The notes beneath the pieces were generated by a model. It saw only the letters and a list, made by a program, of their open reading frames with translations, ran no database searches and was not told where the DNA came from. Position numbers and translations under genes: made by a program. A stretch of DNA of 64,000 nucleotides, taken from contig NC_086097.1 of assembly GCF_963921235.1 (NCBI RefSeq), forward strand, positions 179,678,001 to 179,742,000. The letters run 5' to 3'. The stretch is from Mobula hypostoma. Its lineage: Eukaryota. Of this stretch, positions 52,201-62,666 are shown piece after piece; positions within the stretch are counted from its first letter, which is position 1, and every line of letters begins with the position of its first letter.

Positions 52201-55200
52201 ATTCTCCCACCTTCTCCCTGTAACTTTTAACTCACCCTTACCAGTCAAGAACCAATCAATCTCTGTCTTAAATACGCCAATGACTTGGTCTTTGTAGCCC
52301 CCTGCAGCAATGAATTCCACAGATTCAACACCCTCTAGCTGAAGAAATTCCTCCTTATCTTAGTACTAAAAGGATGTCCCTTTATTCTGAGGCTGTGTCG
52401 GGAGAGGATAGACTCTCCCATTGATGGAAACATCCTCTCCATGTCCACTCCATCCAGGCCATGTAGTGGCCAGTATATTTCAGTGAGATTCCTTCTTCAG
52501 CCACATTCTCCATTGAGTACAGCCTCAGAGACAGGGCCACCCGTGTTTTGGTCATATTGACCTATGACAGAGTGAGAATGGTGGCAAATTTACATACATA
52601 GGAGTCATTCAGAAAAAGGGGACCCAGACTGAGTCTTCCCCCTCCAGTAGTGGACCTGGTCCTCCACACACACATCAGGCACTGCTTAAATGTGGGGAGA
52701 GCTTCCACCTCTCCCACATTCTGAGTTTTGAACCCACTATCCAATGAAAGACAGGAAACACGAGGAAATCTGAAGATGCTGGAAATTCAAGCAACACACA
52801 CAAAAAATGCTGGTGAACGCAGCAGGCCAGGCAGCATCTATAGGAAGAGGTACAGTCGACGTTTCGGGCCGAGACCCTTTGTCAGGACTAATTGAAAGAA
52901 GAGATAGTAAGAGATTTGAAAGTTGGAGGGGGAGGGGGAGATCCGAAATGATAGGAGAAGACAGGAGGGGGAGGGACAGAGCTAAGAGCTGGAATGTTGA
53001 TTGGCAAAAGGGATACGAGGCTGGGGAAGGGAGAGGATCATGGGACAGGAGGCCTAGGGAGAAAGAAAGGGGGAGGGGGGGGAAACCCAGAGGATGGGCA
53101 AGTAGTGAGAAGGACAGAGGGAGAAAAAAGGAGAAAGAATAAATAAATAAAAAACGAATGAGGTACGAAGGGGAGGTGGGGCATTAACGGAAGTTAAAGA
53201 AGTCAATGTTCATGCCACCAAGTTGGAGGCTACCCAGACGGAATATAAGGTGTTGTTTTTCCAACCTGAGTGTGGCTTCATCTTGACAGTAGAGGAGGCC
53301 GTGGATAGACATGTCAGAATGGGAATGGGATGTGGAATTAAAATGTGTGGCCACTGGGAGATCCTGCTTTCTCTGGCGGACAGAGTGTAGGTGTTCAGCG
53401 AAATGGTCTCCCTGCCTGTGTTGGATCTCACCAATATATAGAAGGCTGCATCGGGAGCATTGGACGTAGTATATCACCCCAGCCGTCTCACAGGTGAAAT
53501 GTTACCTCACCTGGAAGGACTGTCTGGGGCCCTGAGGAGGAAGTGTAAGGGCATGTGTAGCACTTGTTCCACTTACAAGGATAAGTGCCGGGAGGGAGAT
53601 CGGTGGGTAGGGATGGTGGGGGGACAGATGAACAAGGGAGTAGTGTAGGGAGCAATCCTTGTGGAAAGCAGAAAGGGGGGGAGAGAAAGATGTGCTTAGT
53701 GGTGGGATCCCATTGGAGGTGGTGGAAGTTACGGAGAATTATATGTTGGACCTGGAGGCTGGTGGAGTGGTAGGTGAGGACAAGGGGAACCCTATTCCTA
53801 GTGGGGTGGCGGGAGGATGGGGTGGGAGCAGATGTGTGTGAAATGGAAGAGATGCGTTTGAGAGCGGAGTTGATGGTGGAGGAAGGGAAGCCCCTTTCTT
53901 TAAAAAAGGAGGACATCTCCTTCGTGCTGGAATAAAAAGCCTCATCCTGAGAGCAGATGCGGTGGAGATGGAGGAATTGCGAGAAGGGGATGGCATTTTT
54001 GCAAGACACAGGGTGGGAAGAGGAATAGTCCAGGTAGCTGTGAGGGTCCGTAGGCTTATAGTAGACATCAGAAGATGAGCTGTCTCCAGAGATGGAGACA
54101 GAAAGATCTAGAAAGGGGATGGAGGTGTCGGAAATGGACCAGGTAAACTTGAGGGCAGAGTGAAAGTTGGAGGCAAAGTTAATGAAGTCAACGAGCAGGC
54201 AGCAGCGCCAATGCAGTCGTCGATGTAGCAAAGGAAAAGTTGGGGACAGATACCAGTATAGGCTTAGAATATGGATTGTTCCACAAAGCCAACAAAAAGG
54301 CAGGCATAGCTGGGACCCATACGGGTGCCCATGGCTACACCTTTAGTCTGGAGGAAGTGGGAGGAGCCAAATGAGAAATTATTAAGAGTAAGGACTAATT
54401 TCGCTAGACAGAGCAGAATGGTGGTAGAGGGGAACTGGTTAGGTCTGGAATCCAAAAAGAAGCAGAGAGCTTTGAGACCTTCCTGATGGGGGATGGAAGT
54501 ATACAGGGACTGGACATCCATAGTGAAAATAAAGCAGTGGGGACCAGGGAACTTAAAATCTTTGAAAAAATTCAGATCGAGAGAAGTGTCATGAACATTG
54601 GTGGGAAGGGATTGAACAAGGGGGGGATAAAACAGTGTTGAGGTATGCAGAAATGAGTTCAGTGGTGCAGGAGCAAGCAGAGACAATGGGTCTACCTGGA
54701 CAGGCAGGTTTATGGATCTTGGTAGGAGGTAGAAACGGGAAGTGCGGGGTGTGGGAACTATAAGGTTGGTAGCAGTGGATCAGAGATCCCCTGAGCTGAT
54801 AAAGTTGGTGATGGTGTGGGAGACAATGGCTGGTGCTCCTTAGTGGGATCATGATTGAGGGGTAAAGGAGAGGAGGTATCCGCGAGTTGTCACTGTGCCT
54901 CGGCAAGGTAGAGGTCAGTACGCCAGACTACAACAGCACCCCCTTCAGGTGCTGTTCAGCATGGAAAAAGGTCTTTCAGCCCAATTGACCTATGTCAACT
55001 AAGATGCCCATCTAAGCTTGTTGTATTTGTCTGCACTTGCCCCATGTCCCTCTAAACCTTTACATTCCATATGGCTGTCTAAGTACATTTCAAACATTGT
55101 TAATGTACCTGCCTCAACCACTCGACCTGGCAGCTCATTCCATGTTCTGACCATTCTCTGCGTGAAAAAAATTGCCCTTCAGGTTCCTATTAAAAGAACT

Positions 55201-58200
55201 CCCCTCTCAACTTAAACTTTTGCCCTCTAGTTCTTGATTCCCTAACCCTGGGAAAGGGATAAACATGACCAAAGAATGGATAGCCAGAGACCTTTTTAGG
55301 GTGGAAATGGCTAATTCAAGGGGGCATAATTTTAAGGTGATTGCAGGAAAGTATAGGAGGATGTCAGAGGAAGGGTTTTTTGTTTGTTGTTTTTTTTTAC
55401 ACAGAATGTACACTGCCAGGGGTGGTGGTGGAGGCAGAGACATTAGGGTCATTTAAAAGACTCTTACAGAGACACAAGGATGAACAAAATATGGAGGGCT
55501 CTGTGGGAGGGAATTGTTAGATTGATCTTGGAGTAGTCTTAAAGGTTGGCACAACATCATGGGCCGAAGGCCCTGTACTATACTGATCAATGTTGCACGT
55601 AGGTTACAAAAATTCCAATAAATCACTGGATTGCATTACCTCTCAAATTTGATGTGGTCAAAGATTTTATTGCTGACGGTCCTCATATCTGCAATTCTGG
55701 TCACTTTACTTCCCAGTTTGTAGATGGCAACCAGCTTGTTATCCTCCAACATCATGCCCATGTAGTCCTTGGAAGTCTGGGGTCAAAGGGAAATAATTTG
55801 TAAGGTAGCACATTGAATTGTCTTTTTTCTTGCAAACCCATGCCTTGCTCTAGTCTATTTTGTTATGAAGAATACTCACATTCTTGTGCCCTAGATAGAA
55901 AACAAACATGTTCTTGGATTCCTGTCGCTCCTGTCTGCTTTCGTCCCCTCGTGCAATGCTTGGCTGCTTCACATACAAGAGCAGGGATGTATAAGCTTTC
56001 AAGTGATCCAGGTTAGTGGGAAGTCGGACCTCTACTCCAGATTCCCCATTGAATTTCATTGCCACGTTTATCTACAAGAGAGAGAAAACACTTCAGCCCA
56101 ACCAGTCCATGCCGACCAAGATTCCCATTCATCTTTGTCTGACCCATATCCTTCTAAACCTTTCCTATCCACGTACCTGTCCAGGTGTCACACCTGACAC
56201 AGAAACATGGAGCTGTGAGCCAGCTGGATCAGGTAACATCTTTCTCAGAGATTAGGATTAGTGTGGTGGAGTCGAGGGAATTCAAATAAATATCTGAATC
56301 TAGATTTTGACAAAAATGTTGTTGCTGTTACTGAAAGTTTAAACCAACTGACCTTATTTGCAGCTTCCCTGGCCTGGTCAATGAGCTCCCGGATACGGTT
56401 TATATTTTTGGAGATATTGTTAACAGGTTGTATTTGGCTCAGATCCTTCAGCTTCTGCACCAGCCCAGGCAGGCTCTCAGTCAAATTCTTCACTGTAAAG
56501 GAGAAGAAATATTTCAAGGTCAACCCACATATTTCCTGATGGCACAGAGGGAGGCCATTCTGCCAAATGTATTCATGGTAGTTCACAGGTCAATCTCATT
56601 CCACAACTAATTTTTCCTGTTACCCACTCTCCCCTCATTCCTGTTAACTCTTTCCAGTTACTTGCAAGTTTGGGGATTATTAATGCAAAGCCATACTAAC
56701 GGGTTAAGAAAATTATGCGTCAATGTTACGGAATCAAGGATCTCAACACAAGGCCACTCAGTCTATCATGTCTGGGCTGACTCTTTCAAAGAGGTATCAG
56801 TTCTCTTTTTTCCTGACACAGCCATGGTCATCCTTCAACTTCAGCTCTTTATCATGTCTTACAGAAGGAGGCCATTTGGGACACCAAGTCCATACTGGGT
56901 CCAGGAGCAGGTTCATCACTTCCATCTCCCAAAATTCACCCCCCCCCGGCACCATTAACTGCCCCAGATTCTACTGCTCACTCACACACTAGGGAAAATC
57001 TACAGCAGCTCATTAGTCCACCAAGCCTGCACAGTATGTGGAAGGAAACTGGCACACCCTGGCGAACCCCACGTGGTCACAAAGAGAACATGCAGACAGC
57101 ACCAGATGTCAGGATTGAACTTGGGTCTTTGGAGCTGTGAGACAGCAGCACGACCTGCAGTATTGCCTTCCTGAGGCACCCTGCCTCCCACCATGAGCAT
57201 TCTATCTTCTACCCTTGTCCGTCAGATAGAAGGTAAAAAAGCCTGAAAAACACATATCATTAGGCTCAATGGCAGTTTCTATCCCAGTGTTGTAGGACTA
57301 TTGAGTGGTCCCAGTGTACAATAGGATGGTCTTTTGATCTCACAATCAACCTCATCGTGACTTTGCATCTTATTGTCTGCCTGCACTGCACTTTCTCTGT
57401 AACTGCAATACTTCATTCTGCACTCTGCTTGCCTTTTTACTACCACCATGTACCTATGCCTGGCACAATCTGTCTGTGTGGCAGCCAAAACAAAATCTAT
57501 TTTCTGTATCTTGTACATGAACCAATATCAAAATCAAAACCATTCAACGAACCTGATTCTTCTGCTTCATTCAGCACTGTGTTAAAATCAGTAATGTTTG
57601 GAATCGTTTGAGCGGTTCTGTTTAAGTTTTGTACTTCAATGATTATTGGTTGTAATTTAGCCATCACTCCAGTTGCAATGTCGTTCGCTCCTTTGGCCGT
57701 GGCATTTGCTTGGACTAAGGTCTTCCCCACATCATCTGATGAAAGAAACACATTTATTTCCTTGAATAACATTAGGAAGGATTAAATTGAGGACCCCACC
57801 TCCGTCAAGTGAAGGAGGAGTATGTAAGGATGTTGCCAGGACATAGGGACTGAGTCATAGGGAGAGGTTGGACATTCTAGGACATTATTTTTGCAACATA
57901 GGAGGCTGAGGGGTGAATTATAGACGTGTATAAGCTCATCAGGGCTATTGATAGAGGGAATGCACTCAGTCTTTTTCCCCAGTGTTGGGGATTCAAAAAC
58001 TAGAGAGCATAGTTTTAAGGTGAGTAAGGAGAGATTTAAGAGGAACTTGAGGGACAACTTTTTTTTAAAAACACAGAGAGTGGTATTTATAAGATCATAA
58101 GATATAGGAGCAGAAGTAGGCCATTTGGCCCATCGAGTCTGCTCTGCCATTCAATCATGGGCTGATCCAAATCTTCCAGTCATCCCCACTCCCCGCCTTC

Positions 58201-61200
58201 TCCCCATACCCTTTGATGCCCTGGCTAATCAAGAACCTATCTATCGCTGCCTTAAATGCATCCAGTGACTTGGCCTCCACAGCCACTCGTGGCAACAAAT
58301 TCCACAGATTTACCACCCTCTGACTAAAGTAATTTCTCTGCATCTCTGTTCTAAATGGACGCCCTTCAATCCTGAAGTTGTGCCCTCTTGTCCTAGACTC
58401 CACTACCATGGGAAATTACTTTGCTATATATATAATCTGTTCAGGCCTTTTAACATTCAGAATGTTTCTATGAGATCCCCCCTCATTCTCCTGAACTCCA
58501 GGGAATACAACCCAAGAGCTGCCAGACATTCCTCATACAGTAACCCTTTCATTCCTGGAATCATTCTCTTGAACCTTCCCTGAATCATCTCCAAAGTCAG
58601 TGTATCCTTTCTAAAATAAGGAGCCCAAAACTGCACACAATACTCCAAGTGTGGTCTCACGAGTGCCTTATGGAGCCTCAAAATCACATCCCTGCTCTTT
58701 TATTCTGTACCTCTAGAAATGAATGCCAACATTGCATTCACCTTCTTCACCACCAACTCAACCTGGAGGTTAACCTTTTGGGTATCCTGCACAAGGTCTC
58801 CCAAGTCCCTTTGCATCTCTGCATTTTGAATTCTCTCTCCTTCTAAATAATAGTCTGCCCGTTTATTTCTTCCGCCAAAGCGCATGACCACACACTTTCC
58901 AACATTATATTTCATTTGCCACTTCTTTGCCCATTCCCCTAAACTATCTCAGTCTTTCTGTAGGCTCTCTGTTTCCTCAACACTACCCGCTCCTCCGATG
59001 ATCTTTGTATTATCCGCAAATTTAGGCATAAATCCATTAATCTCACAGTCCAAATCATTGATATACATCGTAAAAAGCAGCCCGACCCCTGTGGAACTCC
59101 GCTGGTAACCGGTAGACAGCCAGAATAGGATCCCTTTATTCCCACTCTCTGCTTTCCGCTGATCATCCAACGCTCCACCCATGCTAGTAACTTCCCTGTA
59201 ATTCCATGGGCTCTTATCTTGCTAAGCAGCTTCATGTGTGGCACTTTGTTAAAGGCCTTCTGAAAATCCAAGTACACCACGTCTACTGCATCTCTTTTGT
59301 CTACCCTGCTTGCAATTTCCTCAAAAAAAAAATTGCAATAGGTTAGTCAGGCAGGATTTTCCTTTCAGGAAACTATGCTGGCTTTGGCCTATCTTGTCAT
59401 GTGCCTCCAGATATTCCATAATCTCATCTCTAACAATCGATTCCAATAACTTCCCAGCCACCAATGTCAGGCCAACAGGTCTATAGTTTCCTTTCTGCTG
59501 CCTCCCACCCTCGTTAAATAGCAGAGTAACATCTGCAATTTTCCAGTCGTCCGGTACAATGCCAGAATCTATCAATTCTTGAAAGATCATTGTTAATGCC
59601 TCTGCAATCTCTCCAGCTACTTCCTTCAGAACCTGAGGGTGCATTCCATCAGGTCCATGAGACTTATCCACACTCAGACCTTTAAGCTTCCTGAGCACCT
59701 TCTCAGTCGTAATTTTCACTGCACATACTTCACTTCCCTGACACTCTTGAATGTCCGGTATTCTGCAGATGTCTTCCACTGTGAAGACTGATGCAAAATA
59801 CGCATTCAGTTCCTCTGCCATCTCTGCAGCTCTCATTACAATATCTCCAGCATCATTATCTATCGGTTCTATATCTACTCTCAAGTCTCTTTTACCCTTT
59901 ATATACTTAAAAAAGCTCTTAGTATTTTCTTTGATATCAGTCGCCAGATTCCTTCCATAACTCATCTTTTTCTTCCTAATGACCTTCTTAGTTACCTTCT
60001 GCAAGTTTTTAAAAGCTTCCCAATCCTCTATCTTCCCACTAGCTTTGGTTTCCTTGTATGCCCTCTCTTTTGCTTTTCCTTTGGCTCTGACTTCACTTGT
60101 CAGCCATGGTAGTGTCCTTCTTCCCTTTGAAAATTTCTTATTTGGAATATATCTGCTTGCACTTCCTTTATTTTTTTTACAGAAACTCCAATCATTGCTG
60201 CTCTGCTGTCCTTCCTATTAGTGTCCCTTTCCAGTCAACCTTGGTCATTTCCCCTCTCATGTCTTTGTAATTCCTTTATTCCACTGAAATATCGACACAT
60301 TGGAATTTAGTTACTCTTTCTTAAATTTCAAAGTGAACTCAATCATATTGTGATCACTGTTCCCTAAGGGTTCCTTAACCTTAAGCTCTCTTATCACCTA
60401 CGGATCATTGCACTAAATTTATGAGGAATGAGCTGCCAGGGGAAGTTGTTGAGGCAGTATTTTAACAACTTTATAAGTGTAGTTGGACAGGTACATGGAA
60501 TCGTTGTACCATGGATTGGAAAGGTTTGGAAAGCTATGGGCCAAACACTGGCAAATGGGACACCTTGGTCAGCATGGACTAGTGGGGCTGAAGGACCTGT
60601 TTCCATGCTGTGTGACTCCGTGACTCTCGGTTCAAAGCCTGACCACTCTACCTCTGTTTATTTGCTTCAGCTTCTGCTGAAGACTTGCAAGATCAGTCTT
60701 CAGTTGATTTTTCTTCTCAGTCCCTTCCTCAAGGCGTTCTTTCACATCTTGGAGACTCGGGATTACATCTGAAGAAGGACAAGAGAAAAAACGTTTTTAC
60801 ATGTGCAAGTATTTGAGAGTCTAGGAATGTAAATAGAGGTTCAGAGTACTAGGCCTCTGCATGAGAAGGTCTAGTCTACAAACAAGACCATAAGGCCATA
60901 AGACATAGGAGCAGATTAGGCCATTTGGCCTATCAAAATTGCTCTGCCATTCAGTTATGGCTGTTTAATTTTCCATCGCAAACCCATTATAAGATTAGCT
61001 TTATTTGCCGCAAGTGTATTGAAACATCGAAACATACTGTGAAATGGGTTATTTGCATCAAATCAAATCAACAAGGTTTGTGCTGGGCAGCCCACAAATG
61101 TCGCCATGCTTCCTACGGTATCAGAGAATGCCACAACTCACTAACCCTAACTGGGTGTCTTTGGAATGTGGGAGGAAACCCACACTGTCATGGGTAAGAA

Positions 61201-62666
61201 CGTACAAACTTCTTCCAGTCAGTGGTGGGAATCGAACCCCCATCTTACAGCTGGCACAGTAAAGCGAGGTGCTAACTGCTCCACTACCATGCTGCTATTT
61301 TCCTGCCTTCTCCCTGTCACCTTTGATGCCCTTACTAATCAAAAACCCAGTAACTTCTGCTTTATATATACCCAGTGACTTGGGTTCCACAGCCGTCTAC
61401 GGCAATGAATTCTACAGATTCACCACCCTCTGGTTACAGAAATTCCTCCTCATCTCTGTGGTAAAGGAACCTTCTTCTATTCTGAGTCTGTTCCCTCTGG
61501 ACTTGAACTCTACCTCTATTGGAAACATCCTCTCCATGTTTTATCTATCTACACCTTTCACTATTTGGTGGGATTCAATGAGATCCCTCCCATTCTTAAG
61601 AACATAAGAAGCAGGAGCAGGAGTAAGTTATCTGGCCTGTCGAGCCTGCTCTGCCATTCAGTAAGACCATGGATAACCTGGCTGTGGATTCAGCTCCACC
61701 TGCTTCTCTCTTCCCCAAACCCCTAATATCCCCTACTATGCAAAACTCAATCTAACTGTGGCTCAATAATATAGCCTCTACTGCTTCCTTGGGCGGAGAG
61801 TTCCGCAGATTCTCGGAAAAGCAGTTTTTATTTTATTTTTATTTTTATTTATAGATACAACATGGTAACAACCTCTTTTGGTCCATGCCGTCCAATTACA
61901 CGCATGTGACCAATTAACCTGTACGTCTTTGGAACGTGGGAGGAAACTGGAACACCCACATGCGGTCCTGGGGAGAACGTACAAACTAATCACAGACAGC
62001 GGCAGAATTGAACCCGGGTCACTGGCGCTCTAATTGAGTTATGCTAACCACTACACTACCATGCCATCCCCATTCTCATCTCTATCGTAAATGCATCCCA
62101 CCGAACTTTGATGCCATGTACCCTAGATCTCGTCTCACTGCCAATGGAAACAACTTTCCTGTCTATGATTTCTACCCTTTTCATAATTTTATATGTTTCT
62201 ATAAGGTTCCTTCTTATTCTTGCTGTTGGCTCATTTCCTGCTATTTAGAATATAGGAAATAGAATGGTACAGTGCTGGACCGGCCATTCAGCCCACAATT
62301 TGTGCCATTCTTGTGGCTAATTTATAATAAATGTCCTTCTCTTCTACTTGTTCCATATCCTTCCATTCCTTCATATCTATGTCTGTCTAAAAGTCATTTA
62401 ATTACACCAAATTACCTACTTCCATTACTACCCCTGGTAACCCTCTCCAGGCATCTACACTCTCTGTAAAGGAAAAAATTGCCCAACAGCTTTAAACTTC
62501 CCCCCTCTAAGTTTAAAGGCACATATAAATACCATGGACACCCAAGTTGATTAAATACTTTACCTGTCTTCAGCATCTTTTCAGCATTTTTTGCCAAGGA
62601 GAGGACTCTGTCACTCTCTCTGTTGACCTCAGCTGCTTGTCCAGGCAAATCTTCATCCACCACCGT
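22698..62666 (-). CDS. LAMA3: Laminin subunit alpha-3, 3' 24 coding exons (coiled-coil end + LG1-LG5, 1149 aa); 5' part off-window
   Basis: Exons splice in frame with GT-AG. Peptides such as [50 protein letters not shown] and SLCDGQWH match laminin alpha-3/4/5; synteny with TTC39C supports LAMA3. Confidence 0.88.
24750..24869 (-). CDS. LAMA3: LAMA3 exon 23/24, LG5
   Basis: aacag|(V)[21 protein letters not shown]...PLYVGGLP|gtagtg; phase 1/1. Confidence 0.92.
24945..25500 (+). mobile_element. Rex1/Babar-like LINE 3' relic
   Basis: [18 protein letters not shown]...LPSGRRYR...TRFKNS peptide plus 3' UTR. Confidence 0.65.
25533..25623 (-). CDS. LAMA3: LAMA3 exon 22/24, LG5
   Basis: gacag|[30 protein letters not shown]|gtgaga; phase 0/1. 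Confidence 0.92.
26090..26255 (-). mobile_element. tRNA-derived V-SINE-like element (similar copies ~7150-7290, 31543-31680, 49545-49705, 51018-51270, 57020-57175, 61130-61290, 61900-62070)
   Basis: A/B-box-like head (ctggtagagc..., gggtttgatcc) followed by tgtgtggagtttgcatgttct...tttcctcccaca core characteristic of V-SINEs. Confidence 0.65.
27847..27977 (-). CDS. LAMA3: LAMA3 exon 21/24, LG5
   Basis: tgcag|(D)[27 protein letters not shown]...YKGK|gtaagc; phase 1/0. Confidence 0.92.
28500..28911 (+). repeat. (GAGAG)n / (GA)n polypurine simple repeat, ~410 bp
   Basis: Directly visible. Confidence 0.97.
29921..30077 (-). CDS. LAMA3: LAMA3 exon 20/24, LG4/LG5
   Basis: ggcag|[13 protein letters not shown]...[25 protein letters not shown]|gtttgt; phase 0/1. 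Confidence 0.92.
31157..31309 (-). CDS. LAMA3: LAMA3 exon 19/24, LG4
   Basis: caaag|[18 protein letters not shown]...[16 protein letters not shown]|gtaaag; phase 0/0. Confidence 0.9.
31804..32786. mobile_element. pogo/Tigger-like non-autonomous DNA transposon relic containing a nested CR1 3' fragment (~31995-32162)
   Basis: TA|CAGTGGAT...ATCTACTG|TA termini; interrupts an older retroposon tail; acidic peptide remnant 32306-32497. Confidence 0.5.
34015..34204 (-). CDS. LAMA3: LAMA3 exon 18/24, LG4
   Basis: ttcag|(R)SKFSIDVRT...KHNDGQWHT|gtgagc; phase 2/0. Confidence 0.92.
36667..36842 (-). CDS. LAMA3: LAMA3 exon 17/24, linker / LG4 start
   Basis: aagcag|NGKNHK...[15 protein letters not shown]...FNE|gtaatt; phase 0/2; alternative acceptor would start at 36845. 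Confidence 0.85.
36939..37092 (-). CDS. LAMA3: LAMA3 exon 16/24, LG3 end / linker
   Basis: cttag|(K)[10 protein letters not shown]...[16 protein letters not shown]...MKISK|gtgtgt; phase 2/0. Confidence 0.82.
37236..37283 (+). repeat. (TA)n(GATA)n microsatellite in a 204-bp LAMA3 intron
   Basis: Directly visible. Confidence 0.95.
37297..37440 (-). CDS. LAMA3: LAMA3 exon 15/24, LG3
   Basis: tctag|(R)VYLNVDD...[22 protein letters not shown]|gtaaat; phase 2/2. Confidence 0.9.
37776..37903 (-). CDS. LAMA3: LAMA3 exon 14/24, LG3
   Basis: tgtag|[42 protein letters not shown]|gtgtgt; phase 0/2. Confidence 0.88.
39014..39151 (-). CDS. LAMA3: LAMA3 exon 13/24, LG3
   Basis: atcag|[13 protein letters not shown]...[18 protein letters not shown]|gtgagt; phase 0/0. 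Confidence 0.9.
41209..41335 (-). CDS. LAMA3: LAMA3 exon 12/24, LG2 end
   Basis: tgcag|(S)[15 protein letters not shown]...[11 protein letters not shown]|gtgagt; phase 2/0. Confidence 0.9.
43587..43732 (-). CDS. LAMA3: LAMA3 exon 11/24, LG2
   Basis: ctaag|[11 protein letters not shown]...[13 protein letters not shown]|gtatgt; phase 0/2. Confidence 0.87.
45313..45432 (-). CDS. LAMA3: LAMA3 exon 10/24, LG2
   Basis: tacag|[19 protein letters not shown]...LSKENV|gtaagt; phase 0/0. Confidence 0.88.
46403..46720 (-). mobile_element. Short 5'-truncated copy of the young CR1 family
   Basis: Near-identical to 15048-15347. Confidence 0.9.
47602..47758 (-). CDS. LAMA3: LAMA3 exon 9/24, LG2
   Basis: tgcag|(R)[20 protein letters not shown]...LLYFEKA|gtaaat; phase 2/0. 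Confidence 0.9.
47954..48058 (+). repeat. 25-bp minisatellite, 4.2 copies
   Basis: Unit ~GAACGGACCTCTCACGTGAGAAGAC at 47954, 47979, 48004 and 48029. Confidence 0.9.
49295..49428 (-). CDS. LAMA3: LAMA3 exon 8/24, LG1 end
   Basis: ccag|[44 protein letters not shown]|gtaggt; phase 0/2. Confidence 0.9.
50390..50672 (+). mobile_element. Old Penelope-like 3' fragment with degenerate hammerhead (50581-50618)
   Basis: cagtc-ccgatga-agggtctcagctc-gaaa-cgcc-aactg then catagatgctgc. Confidence 0.65.
51808..51973 (-). CDS. LAMA3: LAMA3 exon 7/24, LG1
   Basis: tccag|(R)IMQYGSLN...[21 protein letters not shown]|gtaaag; phase 2/0. Confidence 0.9.
52756..54956 (-). mobile_element. Penelope-like retroelement (RT + GIY-YIG endonuclease), 5'-truncated, frameshifted
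   Basis: [76 protein letters not shown]...FAEH...HF; 3' hammerhead relic at 52854-52889. Confidence 0.92.
55640..55776 (-). CDS. LAMA3: LAMA3 exon 6/24, LG1
   Basis: ccag|[22 protein letters not shown]...FDHIKFE|gtaatg; phase 0/2. Confidence 0.9.
55880..56071 (-). CDS. LAMA3: LAMA3 exon 5/24, LG1
   Basis: tgtag|[18 protein letters not shown]...[10 protein letters not shown]|gtgagt; phase 0/0. Confidence 0.92.
56353..56492 (-). CDS. LAMA3: LAMA3 exon 4/24, end of coiled coil
   Basis: tacag|(V)[10 protein letters not shown]...[15 protein letters not shown]|gtcagt; phase 1/0. Confidence 0.9.
57553..57735 (-). CDS. LAMA3: LAMA3 exon 3/24, coiled coil
   Basis: atcag|(D)[20 protein letters not shown]...NEAEES|gttcgt; phase 1/1. 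Confidence 0.85.
58096..60410 (-). mobile_element. Decayed CR1 LINE (5'-truncated ORF2 + 3' UTR)
   Basis: ORF fragments 59321-60004, 58939-59280, 58700-58915 and 58457-58687 with CR1 RT motifs; same subfamily as 3850-4806. Confidence 0.9.
60652..60768 (-). CDS. LAMA3: LAMA3 exon 2/24, coiled coil
   Basis: ttcag|(D)[38 protein letters not shown]|gtagag; phase 1/1. Confidence 0.85.
62564..62666 (-). CDS. LAMA3: LAMA3 exon (window exon 1/24), coiled coil
   Basis: ttag|[35 protein letters not shown]|gtaaag; phase 0/1. Confidence 0.85.
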
